Source: Sphyrna mokarran (Eukaryota). From it: DNA of 64,000 nucleotides. Shown here in pieces: positions 24,201-39,200 of the stretch. Each line of letters opens with the position of its first letter. The first letter of the stretch is position 1. The stretch is from the NCBI GenBank assembly GCA_024679065.1, contig JAGIQG010000009.1, positions 55,552,001 to 55,616,000 on the forward strand. The letters run 5' to 3'. The translations under genes and the position numbers were made by a program. Under the pieces are notes generated by a model. It saw only the letters and a program-made list of their open reading frames with translations, made no database searches and had not been told where the DNA came from.

Positions 24201-27200
24201 TGGCTCAGATGCCATTGTACCACTGCAGAACCTTTAAAGTGTCTACAGTGCAAACAATGACTCAACACAGGTGCAATACATGGAGTGTCTAGAATAAATT
24301 CCACCAACCCCCTCCCCCACACAATCCACATACCCTGCCTTTTGGAGCAAAAGGAATTTTTAAATTTTTTTTATATAGGAACAAAATATTACAGTCTACC
24401 TTTGACTGGTTAAAAAGGGACTTCATTTGAGGTTCGAACATAGGATGCATCAGGTCTCTGACTCTAACTTGCCATTGCTCCTAAACTCCTCAACAGTCAT
24501 TTCAGTGTCAGTTCACTGATTAGTGTTGCTCCTGCAGCCTCCAATCTAATCTGTCCTAATCTTAGTCATAGCTCAGTATACATTATAAATACTGAAAATG
24601 ATGGTAAAGCCAGCTAAGATTATTAGTCAGATCTCAGCCACTACAGAGAAGGACATCTTCAATAAAACAACATAAGATGAAGATAAACTGTTAGGTGGTG
24701 GGATGGAGGCTGTGGAAATTGTTGAAAGAAACCCTTATCAGGGAAAAAAAGAGAACTGACTGAATATTAGTGCTCAAAGTCTTTAAAGGGAGCTAGATGG
24801 TGTAAGGTGGGTAGCAGTTGTTGAAATTGTATTGGTTACAAAATCTGTCAAAGAAATCTTCCTAGCCTTCAGCAGGTTAACTTACAAAATTTTTCTTAAC
24901 CACTTATAACTATATAATAAAGGGCACAGGCAATGAGCTATTTCAATGTTTAGGTGTTAACATGTCGCTGCTCAACATTACATTGATCCTTGGTCTGAAT
25001 CATGTGCCTTCTTACATCATTTTATTGGTGGTACTGTACTCAAGCCCACATTAACTTTGTACTTGCCAGACCCCCTCTCCACCCACTGCCCCCAGTGTTT
25101 GTCCCATTAGACATAGGGTTATACTAGTTTATTTCATGTCTTGCATTGTTATGAATCCTAATGCTTTGCTACTATTATTGCTAATACTTCATTAATAACA
25201 ATCTCACTACCCAATCTCCCCCCTTCAAGTCCTTGAAATTAGAGATTCAGTCTGGAGTTCTTATAACCCTTTCATATCTCATTTGGTGTTCTGTCGGGAG
25301 AGTGGCAGACTCTGGAGATTCGATTTTTTATTGTTAGATCAGAGATTGGACTGGCATTTATGTATGCTTTTATTTTTTATTGCCATTGCTTTATGTTGAA
25401 CCATGCCTGGTCAGTTTAGCTGTTGCATTGATTCATAGTTGCTGTTATTCTCAATCATTTATTGCAGGGTGTGGAGACTTGGTGTTGTCACCTTGGCATT
25501 GTTTTTTCTTCTTTCGCTATGTGGGTTTTGTCAAACCCTTCTGAGGTTAAGGAGGAGTGTTCCTGTGGCAAGAAGAAGGCATCTTTGCACATCACCTCTG
25601 TGTTTTGTTGTCAATGGTGAGAGACTGGTGCCTCGTTCCAGTACCCTTTTGACAGTGGCATACTGTGGAAGTTGTAGCGAATGCACAGTGGTTATTGTAT
25701 CAACCATTTGTACTATTGTTGTAGTTGGAGGTAGGATTTTCTTAGACTGCTAACTATTTGTTGATTCTGCTTTCATTGAAGGTGTCATGATAATCTCATA
25801 GATGATAGGTTGGTCTGACTAATGGGGACTTTCCAGGACCTGAAATGATAATGAAAAAAACTTGCTCAGGAAGGAGAGGAGAGCGATTCATGTGAAATCC
25901 CAATCTTTAGTGTTTCAAGACTGATGTTGCTCTGGCTGTCTAACAATAATGGTAGTTTTGATATTCTCTGCCATTTGAAGGAGATCCAAGGCTATGCAGG
26001 CATCCCTGAGAGAAAGGCTGGTTATGGATGACAGCCATCAGCTTAAAGATCTGTTTGCTGCTTTACTTCAGAAGTCCCAGGCATTTGTCATAATGTTCAC
26101 TAGGGACATCTGTTGCTTAAAATTCATTGATTTTTTAATTGAAAATCTAGCTTTGTTTCTACAAGTTAACAATTTAAGTTTTTGGGGTCCTCTTTTAAGT
26201 GCTGTATTTCCTATGAGCAGCATGCCAGTGTTCTCATCAGCTGTTGCTTTTCCTTAATGAATTCAGCTTTGGTATGCAAAACCTGATTTTCTACACTGGT
26301 TAGCCTTTCCTTGACAGGGCATAATTTCTCCATGCTAATCTCAAGCTCACATTTTGTAATTGCATGCCTGTCAATTATTTTTGAAACATCTCACACCTCC
26401 TTTGTTTGCCATTCCATGTTTTGGATTTTTATCTCTTTGTATATCTACTTGAGAAAGTAATGTTTTTCTAAAGTTTCTTCCAAGTGTGCAACTGTTTCTT
26501 TCAGTGCCGTGGTCTCATTATTGTACTCCTCGGCTTCCTCTAGAGTACTGAAGATTCCTGTACCTTCTCTGAAAACTGAGTTCTCAGCTCTTTCGAAGTT
26601 TGCATTAAATTTATTTTATCCCACTTCAAAATGTGCCAGAGGACAAACTCTGACCTGAGAGATCCTTGCAGTGTGTGAAGGTCTGTTGTAATACTATCCT
26701 GTTGCTTAAGGTAGTCTTTATGTCTTCATGATGCTGAAGGGTTATTATGCACTGTGCTTGAACTCAATTTTGGAGGACAATTAGCTGCTCTTACTGTTTA
26801 TTTTCTTGTTTCACTCTGCATTTCAATGTATTTCTTTGTCACTACTGATAGCTCCAATGCAGCTTTTCCTGTAGTAGCATTCAACATCTGTTAAAAATAG
26901 TTTTAAATATATACATACCTACATAATGTAAGGGTTACAGAAAATGAGCTATCTCCATGTTTAGGTCTTAACACTTCACTGCTCAGCACCACACTGACCA
27001 CAAGTCTGGTCATGTGCCTTCTTACATCACTGTGTGAGCAATAAAATACTCAGTCCCACATTAACCCTGTGTCTGCCTTAACATGACGCTTCAGCTTAAG
27101 AAGGGCAGCTTTCCCTCAAGAATGAGGGGAGATCTTATAGAAATATATAAAATTATGAAAGGAATAGATAATACAGAAGCAGGGAAGTTGTTTCCACTGG

Positions 27201-30200
27201 CAGATGAAACTAGAACCAGGGGGCATAGCCTCAAAATAAGAGGAAGAAGATTTAGGATTGAATTGAGGAGGAACTTCTTCACCCAATGGGTTGTGAATCT
27301 GTGGAATTCCTTGCCCAGTGAAGCAGTTGAGGATACCTCATTGAATGTTTTTAAGATAAGGATAGATATTGAACAGTAAAGGAATTAAAGGTTGTGGTGA
27401 GCAGATAGGTAAGTGGAGCTGAGTCTACAAAAAGATCGGCCATGATCTTATTGAATGGCAGAACAGGCTCAAGGGGCCAGATGGGTGACTCCTGCTCCTA
27501 GTTCTTATGTTATGTTTAGTTTAGGAAGAATAGATTGAAACTTACCAGCCAAATAGTTGTAGGGGCAGTTAGCAGGAAACACCATCCACTAGGATGGAGA
27601 TTTAGCAATAGACTTCAGCTTTCCAGTATTCAAAATCAAACAAAACAACAAGAACTTCAAAAGGAAAGATGGATGACCAGGCTTCAAAAATGACCAGCAG
27701 ACTTTAGCATTAGGTTTATAGTACCACCATGATATGAAATAATTTTATACTGAATCTGAAAATGATTTATTTCATCCCAAAACTTAACCTAAAATAAAAC
27801 ATGCAGTTATGAAGAATAGGTTGACTAAGATGGATTGAGAAACTTAAAAAAAAGTTAAACAATCAATGATGAGTAATTAAAGGTAGATAAGTAATTTGCA
27901 ACAAATATAAATAAACCGCATTTAAAAATTTTATTCCTGTGTGCACCACATTCTTATTTGTGTCAACTTTCTGATGATTAATATCCCATGCTCACATTTT
28001 TGATAGAAAACCCCTATATAAATTGACTTGTCTGTTTGTGATTACAGTGTTGTATTCAATTCAGTGATAGATCCAGAGTCATAGATGAAAAAATCCAGAG
28101 TCATAGATGACTTAAGTATTGGTTCAATACACACAGAGACATTGGACAATGCATCATATGACCTGGATATTCTGTATCAGGGCTGAAAATATACCCTTCA
28201 GAATCATTTGGAAATACCCAAAAAATCTGCAAGAAGACCACTTAATCTCATGGACATGGAGAAGTCTTTTGCTGTTGGGAAGTCAACATTCAAAATAAAG
28301 CTGAAACAATTGAAGGATTTAGTCATATTTTAAACACTGTAGGAATGTCTCAAATCTAATGGAATTAATCTTGAACATAGTGAGATTTACTCACTGTGGC
28401 TCTGACTGATTTAAAATTGACCTAAACTATTAAGAGAAGTGCTTTTAACCAAAATAAATCAACATCCATTTTACAATAGCATTCCTTCATGATGGGAAAA
28501 CCACTGTTTCTTTTATGGTCATAATGAATGTTTTAGTGTACAAATTACTTGTTAAGTAAATGCAGTAACACAGACTTACTCTGGAGAGTCAAGGTCACAC
28601 TGCGCTCAACCACACCAGCATCATTCGTAGCAATACACTTATAATTCCCTGCATCTTCATTCTAGAGGTGGAACAGAAAATTACAAAGCACGGTAAATCC
28701 AAATTTATGCATTTTGAATGTACATTCAGGGCTGCTACTTTTCAAACACAAACACTTCCCTCTAAATCTTAATCTGAATCTAACAGCATTGATATCAGAT
28801 ACAACAGATTAACTATCCTATAAAGAATAATTTATTGCCAATTAACAAAGCTATTTTCTAGATAAACAAACTCTTGGGACAATATGTTCTGACTGAATGG
28901 TATCCATGAATAGTGCAATATCAAACCTGTCTTGTCATCATATTACAATGGAATTTGGCACTTGTGGACAGGGAAGGAATGACTGCAACAATGATTTTTA
29001 ACAACAATAACGGCAATATTGGTTTTAAAGAACAATTCTGGCAGAGTTAAACATGCTGGGATTTTCAGTCAAAAACAGATACAGGTCGTGAAGCTGCTGT
29101 TGCTATGGTCTGAGTTGTGAGCTGTGACTTGACACTTCCTGTGCTGACCACATATGGGAAATTGTTTACTTTGAGTTAGACCTGATGGTGCAGATGGGGA
29201 ATAAAGCGATGTGTCTTACATGCAGTCTTGAGCGAATGTTATGGAGTCATTTGCAAGTAAATCCATTGGCCTGATTGAGCAATGTGATCAGTTTCTAGTC
29301 ACAGCATTGGCTGGATGTCACAGAATGTTCTGAAGGTTAGACAGTATGGGGTTAAAGGCATATGTTCTGCCTTGTGTTTCCAGCAATAACTCAGAGATCA
29401 ACCATCGCAAGAATATCCTGAGGAACATCTTCAGAAAAAGACCATGAGCACAGAATTTATATTGGGAATGGACCTGGCCATTTTGTTCTAAACCGGTTAG
29501 TATCTATTTTTAGTTAAAAAATTAGAATTAATGTTTAGTTAAGAGTTAAAGTTCAGTAAAGAAGTTAAAATGCTGCAACTGTTATAAATTTGAGTTTGTT
29601 ATCTGAAGTTAAATAAAGGGAAGATTGTTAAGAGAATTTGAGTTGACTGCTGTCTTTGTTTTTCACACTTAGGTGGAAGGTTTGGAAAGAATTTAAATTA
29701 GTAGCCAAATAATACAGTAAAATATTGTGTTTACAATTTTAAGCAAAGGGTTTCATTCTGGTGGGTTAATTTCTGAAGTTACGTTAATACATGCAAGATC
29801 CTGTTTATAGTCAGTATCATGAAATTGTGCATGATTATTAGTTTTAAGATTGTCATGATATTAACTATTTGATACTGACTAAACAATCAATTCTATATCC
29901 CACTTTTCCAATATCTATTGACTGACTTACCACTGTGCCATAGATGGCTAGCGAGCCATTATGGAGCTGGCGAATCCTGTTGGTGATCTGGATATGGATT
30001 CCCTTTTTACTCCACTGGATAGTGGGAGGTGGATCACCACGGACCTCACAGTTAAGGATAGCATTGCCTCCAAGAGGCTCAATGCGATTTGGATTAAAAT
30101 CACCGTCAAAAATTGGAGGCTCTGCGGTGTTAACAGACAATGTTTAATTTTCAACAAAACCAATGATGGAATTAATCACTAAATGACAGACCATGAATTG

Positions 30201-33200
30201 AAAGCACCAAACGCAGAACTGATAAAATAAATTATCTGAGACGTGATGATTTTCTGTATACTTTTTCTTGAAAATATAATTTTACCAACTTCGTAGGTCT
30301 TTAAGGAGCTTGCTGGAAATTCAGGGCTGCTGTTTACAATTTGCTAACTAATAATTTAAATAGACAGGTTACCAATTTGTGTTTGCAATGCATGAGGAAG
30401 TGTGGAGTTGGAAATATATCCCTAAAATGTATACATATAAAATTATTGTTGAAGTAGTGCTGAGAATGTCAGTAAAACTTCTCTGACAACTCAATCAGCC
30501 TTTCTGCACACATTAAAAATGCTTACATATTTATACAAGAACTAATGAAAATTCCACCATGTGACCCCTTTTAACTTTGTTGCAATGGAATAATCTTGCA
30601 TTAATTGTACTGAGAAAGCAAAAGAAATAATAGCATCAGGTATAATGAGTTAATGACTTCAACACATCATTGTATTAAAGCACAGTTCCATATTTGCTTT
30701 TTAATTCTGTAACAGCTATTACCGGATACACTAGATGAACTAGTTTTTTCTTCTTGTATCATTATGAAAAGAGCCATTCTATTGTTTTACAGGTAACGCC
30801 CACATCAGGGATGGAAAGAAAAACAGCATTCACATGGTTCATAAGATAGCTTATCCGTCTTGGCAGGCACCCAATGATTCAGATGGACCAATTTTGACGT
30901 GTACCTGAAACTTTAATCTCTTTATAGATGCTTGTAACTTACTGCTGCATAACTTCAACATTTTCTGTGGACATTTCAATATTTAAGACGGCTTGGTCAG
31001 AAATTCCAATTCTGGAAACGTGGTTAAAACAAACTTCACTGGCGTGAATAGTACTTAAAAGGCCAACGTGTGCAAAAATAAAGGAATTTGCAGGTCTTCC
31101 TCAATTCACCTTTGACATATACAGATCCAATAGCCTTGATAGATCCCACTTTATTTTCTGCTGTGCAAACGTATGTGCCCGAGTCATCCTTTGATACCTT
31201 TTCAATGATCAATTTGCTGTGTCCATTGATATTGTCATATTGGGCTGTAGGAATAAAATATGTGTTTATTTATGAGAATGAAATTATCAGATCCGTTTCT
31301 CGATTACTGAATTTATAATTTCAACATTTATTACTCAATATATTTTCAGATTTGCTTTTTCATTCTGTAGAAATGGTAAATTATTGATGGATTTATTTTA
31401 ACACTGTATCTTCACAGAATCATAACATCTTACTATGGAGGCAAGTTGTCTAGTCCTGTTCTGGTTCTTTGAATGAGCAGTTGTGCTTAGTCCCACATCT
31501 CAGATTTTTGTCTGTGATCTTGTAAATTCCTCATCTTTTAAATGCCTGTCTAATTCTCTTTTAAAATTATCTGCGGAATCAACTTCCATTGAAAAAGAAG
31601 CCTCTTCTCCCCTCTAGATCTTTTGTTGATGACCTAAATTGCTGATCACTGACCCACTCATCAGCAAAAATAATTTTTCTCCATTTTTTCTATCAAAACT
31701 TGTCATCTTGAAACCTCTCTGTTCCAACTTCTTTTCATAACTGGAATCCCTAATCCCAGGCATCTTCCTGGGAAACATCCTTTGTACTCTTTTTAAGGAT
31801 TACATTCTTCATGAAGAGTGATACCCAGGGTTTTCCAGTTGAAGCCTAACCATATTGTAACTCATCTTTCCCTCTTTACCCAATTTTCTCTCCTCTTCAC
31901 CCAATTTTCTCTCCTCTTCTGCTAAAAATAGTGACTCATGCTTGAGCTTTCTTCCACAGGTGCCAGAGAAACTCTGGTTCCTCATTTAGGTGGTCATCTT
32001 TCGTGGGTCAGTGTATACAAGGAGGTGGTCACTATTTGTTTGACCTGGAGGTTTCACAACAGAGTCCTGTCCTATCTTTATCTGAAATCTTTAATCAGAT
32101 TACAGAAATAGTCCTCAGTGCAAAGAAATGTTTGCTAGTGTACATCCAATGTCTGAGAAAGAAGGGAAACCTAACAGGAAAGTTGAGATGAGTGGGTGGC
32201 TGGCTGGTTGGTTGGAAAAAATATTTAATAGTTTAACAAAAATTTGTCCAGAGAAAGAGAATAGGGACAAAAAGTAATTTTAAATGCTGTTTTTGGCAGG
32301 ACAAAGAAGCACATGAACAAACCACTAAATGGTAAATTTTAGAAAAGTGATCAACAATTGGAATTAGTTGCTAGAGAAAAAAATACCGTGGAGGCAAAAT
32401 CCCAGGAATCATTTAAAAACAACTGATTGCTGATTTGGGGAAGTGCAAAACTTTTTTGTATGGATTAGTGCTACATCTAAAGCATACATTCTTACCAGGT
32501 ATAATGTTGTTATTGAACATCCAAGTGATTTTGGGTGTGGGAATACCTCTCGCTGCACAGCTCAATGCAAGGTGTTCCCCTTTGTTTAAGGATATATCTC
32601 CAGGCAGTTCTGTAAAAGCTGGGTGGATGTAGACAGTCAGGCTGAAAGTCTTGGAGTCTTGACCAGCCACGCTCGTAGCTGTACATGTGTAACTACCAGT
32701 GTCATCAGGCTGATGGAAATAAGAGAAAATTACAATTATGTTTTTGGCACAAATAGAAAATCCTGGTTTCTCCTTATTTTTGCTCCACTGTTGTCTCTTT
32801 CAGACAAGAAAATGAGATGATCTGAGCTACTGCTATTTTCACACTGTCAGTGTTGGTTAATGATCAGCAGAACTGGAGACCTACTGTTTATTTCAGGTGG
32901 AACTCTGGTAAAATCTGATTTTGTATACATAGTATATTATTGTTAATACATTACACAATATAGACTTGGTATTATGTCATAAAAAAATTCCCAAGAATTG
33001 TCACTGTTGAAGGAATCAAAGGGTTACAAAGAGGATCTGGCTGTTGGGAGATGCTGAGCTGATGGTATCAATTAACTAAATTAACACACACAGTTGAAGT
33101 AATAAAGCTTATGAAAATAATCTGGTTTAATTTGTGGTACCTACAAATCTTTAGGTGGTTTCTAGTGCTTGGCTTAGTGTTTCCTCTGGTTATCTTTCTT

Positions 33201-36200
33201 GATAATTATTTCAATTATTACTCACAGTCAACAAAATGAATAATTACATGCATTGAAATTTTTAAAAAAATTTCATACTATAGACCATCTTGGTGAGGTT
33301 CTGACAGATTTGTGCTAAACATGTCATGGATAATGAATACTATTAGCACAGATCAATGGCAAAACCAGGTGGAATTATTTTTTATTCATTCATGAAATGT
33401 GGGCACCACTGGCTAGGCCAGCATTTATTGCCCATCATGAAGGGCATTTAATAGTCAACCACATTGCTGTGGATCTAGAGTCATGTGTAGACCACACCAG
33501 GTAAAGATGGAAGATTTCCTTCCCTAAAAGGAATTAATGAACCAGATGGAGTTTTACAATAATCAACAACGGTTTCACGGTCAATTTTTATTCCAGATTT
33601 TTACTGAATTCAAATTTCTCCATCTGGCTTGGTGGGATTCAGACCCGAATCTCTTGAGTGCCCAATTATCAGTCCAGTGACAGCACTATCATGCCATTGC
33701 CTCCTCATAAATATTAATACATGCTGGATATTTTCACAGTTCAATATTAAGATGAATCATAATCTTTTAAATGGGTTATATTATTATATATGAAATATTT
33801 ATATGAATACATACAGGTACTAGAAATTCTAAGTTTGTGTTTCTTGATGCAATTTCATATAAATGTCACAATTTTAAAGGTGTTGTGTGACTGGTGTAGG
33901 TTTTCTCCTTTTACTGGATCTTGTAGCTCTTCCATTATTGCTATTACACAACATCCTCAAAATTGCAAACACTTCTTTGGATTGCATCAGAAATTGAACT
34001 GGAAATAACCAATTCAGGTGAAAATTAAAATAATTATTTGCATTTATTGGTGCCTTTCATGATCACTGGACATCCCAAGGTGCTTCACAACTATTGAAAT
34101 ATTTTTGAAATGTAGTCATTGCTGCAAGTAGGAAAAACAGCAGCCAATTTGCACACAGCAAGTTCACAATGACCAGATAATCTATTTATGTGACACTGAC
34201 TGAGGATAAATATTGACTCGGAGTCCAGGATAAACGGCCTTGCTATTCTTTGAAAGTGATATGAGATCTTTTACAGATGGATGAGCACTTTAATATCTCA
34301 TTTGAAAAGAGCATCAACCTTGATTATTATGCTCAAATTCTGAGCTCCAGGATTTGAACACACAACTTTCTGACTCATAGATGAGAGTTCTACCAGCTAA
34401 GCTAAAGCTGAGATAGAGTCCTGCCCTTTACAGTCAATTACTCTCCAGTTAACTTTAAATAAAATATCAAAGATATCTCACAATTTCATTAAAACTCGGG
34501 TCTGAATCCCATTGTGGCAGATGATGAAATTTGAATTCAGTAAAAATCTACACTGGTGTGACTTTACATTTTAATCTGCAAATGTTAGCAAACATTTTTC
34601 TAACCATTCTCTAATCTTACCGTTGTATTTTCCACAATGAGTTCTCCTGACTGCATCAACATGTACTTTCTTGGTGTGTCATGCAGGTTTGTGCCATCTT
34701 TCTGCCAGGTAAGCACTGGCTCAGGAACACCATCAGCAATGCATGGCAAAGTTCCCTGAGATTCTTCAATCACAGTGTATTCAGTGTCTGCAGTGCGGAT
34801 GGATGGTGGAACTGTACAAGGCAGATTGAATAAATAGAAAGAATTTATTGCTTGCTCACAGCAGCAGGTACAAATCATGAATTCAGCACATGCAATATAT
34901 TGGGTGAAAATTATTGTGGTATGTATATTGGATCTCCAAATCTTTGATACCTTTCTCACATATAGTTTGTTTTCTTTTATTTGATAGAAGCCTACACTTT
35001 TCATCAAGACTGAAGGAAGCGCAGTTAGGTGAATAGTACTATATTAATATAATTTTCCGATAGTGAGTTGGAGACAGAAAACTGAGCAGTTTGTCTTCCA
35101 CTTTCATTCCTTGCTTTTTTGCAAATGTTTCGCTTTTCCTAGTGCCTCCCTCTTTGACATCATGCTTGCGATCTCCAAGTCTATGATGCAAGCCTATATC
35201 CACGTCAACTTGTAACATAGAACCACCTTAGCTAATAATTCTGAAATAAATTGCAAGACCTCCTAGTTGGAGTTGATCTGAGGCACAACCAAGGTTTTCC
35301 ATCATGTCTTGTTTCTACACAAGTTGCTTGTGCATTTCAAACAGCAGAGAAGGATAAAGATCTAATGGCTCTAGGGCAGAGCCCAGCCATGTAGGCAAGG
35401 TGAGGGGAAGGTACAGAAGAAGGAATCCTCAGAGAATTCCTCGGAGAGATTGACATAGGTTAGGGTCAATTTTTGTGTGGTTGAGGAGGAGGACTCATGT
35501 TCCTGTTACGAGAACAGAAATTGCTTCTTAAGTTATTTGTTTTTGGTTGGCTTGGCCAGCCTACAGTGATTTCTTCAAGGAGTGCTAATTAGGTCATTCA
35601 CAACGACAGAGCTTGCATGCTGCACAATCTGCACATTATGTGTTAAAAATGCAACAGTGATCGATTGATGTCATTACATTTCAACGAACAATAATAACGG
35701 TTCTGGTGTGCGTGGGAACAAAGTGTTAAGATTCTGCTTTTCTACTTTCCTTGCTTCACTACTTCATTCATGCCTGAAAACTGCCACAACAAATTGGACC
35801 AGGTGTCTCTTTTAACTTCATTTTATTAATAGTTGAAGACTTCTAAAGGCTCTAAAAGCAAAATATAATGTGAATAGTGGAACACAGAACAACACTCACT
35901 GTGAACAGTCAGAACCATGACTGAACTGCTGGAACCTGCAAGATTAGATGCTGTACATGTGTATCGTCCAGTGTCACTAGGTTGGACAAAGGCAATCTGT
36001 AGGGCACCAGTACTGAGGATTCTCTGACGAATGCTCTCGGTCAGTTGTTCTCCATCTTTGTTCCAGGTGACTTCAGGAATTGGATAACCCTTGGCCTCAC
36101 AGACCATGGTGACTGATTTATCCAAAGCAACAATGTAGTTCTTTGGATGGGCTGTTATAACTGGAGGCACTTAAAAAAAGAGAAAGTACTAACTTCAATT

Positions 36201-39200
36201 AAATTATAGAAATATTTAAGAAATGTTTAGGCACAGTATGCAAAATGTTATTATTGTATGTTGCAGATCAGGCTCATCTAAATTTTCTGCTGGGGGTGAG
36301 GGGTGGGTGGTGAGCACATTTGCAATTTTTCTCATTTAAAAAACAAATTTTGGAAGGATAACATTTGGCATGACACTGAACTGAATTTCTAAATAAATTA
36401 AGCTGTTAAAAAAATTGAATTCCTGGGTAAAATAAAGTGATGTCTCAATAATAAATTGTTAACGTTCAAAAAGTGTAAATAGTAAAGGTGACAAAGGGTG
36501 AGAATGTTATGCCCACTCGCTGTCTCAGGATGCTTACTTATTCACTCTCACCCAGTATAAGATGTGTGCGAATCAGTGAGAAGTCCAAGACAGGGAGTAT
36601 GGCAAAGGCTCATACTCTCTCTCACACACAAATACTCTCCCAATGCCACATGTGCAAACCTTCACTTCCATGTACGCACACACTCTCACTTCCACACAAA
36701 CACACACAGTCCCTTAATCAAGCATGCACACTCTCACTATATTGCATGCAAGAGGGCCTGCACACAAACACACGCACACACTCTCTTAATCCCATGTGCG
36801 TGCTCACTCTGTCTCAAACACACCACCTAGACACCATCAAACCCCCTTGCCCCATGTGCATTCAATCTCCATCCTGCTGTGCACACACATATACACACAC
36901 TCCAGTATGAATATTCAATCTCTTTCACTAATTCCTACCATGCGCGCACCTGGTCCCAGGCACTCACTTCTGCTCATGAACAAATTCTCCACCCTTTTGG
37001 GTATGTACACATACTTTCCCATGCACATTCTCTCACCTGCACACATACTGAATCCCCCGCATGTGCACTCTTTTTCATCTCCCCCGCGCGCTCACACTCA
37101 CTGGTTTACTCCCATATGCACATACATCTCCCTCTCCAGTGCACACTTGTGTGCACCCATGCACCCCCTCGCTATCACTCGCCCTCTCCATCTCTCTCAT
37201 TTACGTACCCTTTCACCTCCTCTCTCTTTCTCAAGTGTGCCCATCCATTGTCTTCCTCTCTTGTGTGTGCTTGCACACCACCTTCCTTTCTCAAATGTGC
37301 CCTCTCTTGCTTAGGCACTTCTTTCCTCATGTATGCCATCTCTCTCTGTATCTGCAACTTTTCTCTTTCAAGATCTATCACTTGCCTCTATGCCTCTTCT
37401 CTTGCTCTAGTGTGCCCAGCTTTATCTTCCCCCTCTTTTATATATTCCCTCCCGCTCTCTTGCCATCTTCTGTGTGCCCTCTGTTGGTCTTGGCATGTGT
37501 GCCTAGGCGCATCCTGACTGTTCTTTCAAAAAATGTGACACAATGTTATACATTTCTAGAATAATTAACAAAGGAGAGACTTGTATTTATGAAGGTCATT
37601 TTCATATTGTTCAGACACATTCTAAACGTTTTGAAATTCAGTCAGTCGTTGTTATATGCAACATTAGAAATATACTACTGATCAGTTAACTTTGATTAGG
37701 ATTGTAGAATGGTTACAGTGCTGAAGTGGGCCTCTTGAGCCCGTGTGGGCTTTCTATAAGAGGAGCTTAACTAGTCCCGCTCCCTGCCTTTCCCTGCATT
37801 TTGTTTCCCACCAGCCACATATATAATTCCATTTTGAAAGCCTTAGTTGAGTCTGCCTCCACCACACTCTCAGGCAGTGCATTCCAGATCATAACTATTC
37901 ACTGCATAAAATCATTTTCCTTGTGTTGCTTGCGATTCATTTATCAATCACTCCAAATCACTGTCCTCTGATTTTTGATCTGTTCATGATTGGGCCCCTT
38001 TCTCCTCATCTACACTATTTAGCCTCCTCATGACTTTGAATATCCCTATCAAATCTCCCTTTTCATCCGCAATTTCTCCAATCTACTCCTGCAGTTGAAG
38101 TCCTGCCTAACTGGAATACTATTTGCTAATCATAAGTTTGTGCCTGATGAAACCATATAATATGTCCCAGTGGTCAAGTCTGTTTGGCTCTCAGTTTGAC
38201 TTCCCCTCATTTCCAAACTTTGCATGCCAGAGAACACTACAATCTTTCCACAGCCACTGTGTGTCACTATAAAGAGAGCATCAAGAACAAACATTAACAC
38301 AAATAATCACCAAAGAAAATTAATAAAAACATTACTCTTGATTTTAATACTTTTAAAAATATTATAGATATTTTTTCAGATATCCTGCCACTTCTCAAAA
38401 TAAGCCACCTTAATAATTATATTTTTTGTAACTTACCCTGCACTCTCAGTTTTATCTTTCCCAAGGCTGTGCCAGCTGGGTTCTGTGCAACACATATGTA
38501 TGTTCCAGAATCCTTTACTGCAGCACGAGTAATCTGAAGACCTCCGTTGGGTAGAACAGTGTAATCCCCTCCTGTATAAACAAAAGCAGTGAGGCTTTAT
38601 CCTGAGTAGCACTGAGTTACAACACACAGAAAACAAAATTGAGCTTAGATTTGTGGAGAAATCTTATCAAATCATTGGCTTTATTGACTCTGGAACAATT
38701 ATCTAAGATAGGAACATGAACACCCTACAGTTTAAAAGAAGGCCATTTGACCATCGAGTCTGCACTGACTACAACCCATCAAGCCCCTATTCCTGTAACC
38801 TATTTATTTATCCTGCTAGTCCCCTTGACACTAAGGACCAATTTAGCATGGCAATCAACCTAACTCGCATGTCTTTGGACTGTGGAGGAAACCAGAGCAC
38901 CCAGAAGAGACCCATGCAGACATGAGGAGAATGTGCAAACTCCATACAGACAGTGCCCCAAGCTAGGAAATGGAACCTGGGTCCCTGGTACTGTGAGGCA
39001 GTAGTGCTAGTCATTGTGCCACTCTGAAAGATGAAAGGAAACATATCTAACTCTATTAGAAATGTAATGTAAATTTACCTGATCCAGCCAATCTACTGAA
39101 TATTCCCAGAACTCTTAGGTGCATGTTTTGGAAATGACAAAAGTTCTGACCATTTTACCTGCTGTGTAAATGCTGATGCCCTCCTTCTGCCAAGTAATAG

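Noticed and set aside
28071-28110. Short tandem duplication atccagagtcatagatga x2 (similar ones at 31878-31919 and 45699-45722)
   Set aside because: Ordinary slippage or repair duplications with no further structure.
36488-37564. Overlapping 140-212 aa ORFs
   Set aside because: Stop-poor CA/CT low-complexity DNA; no domain signature.
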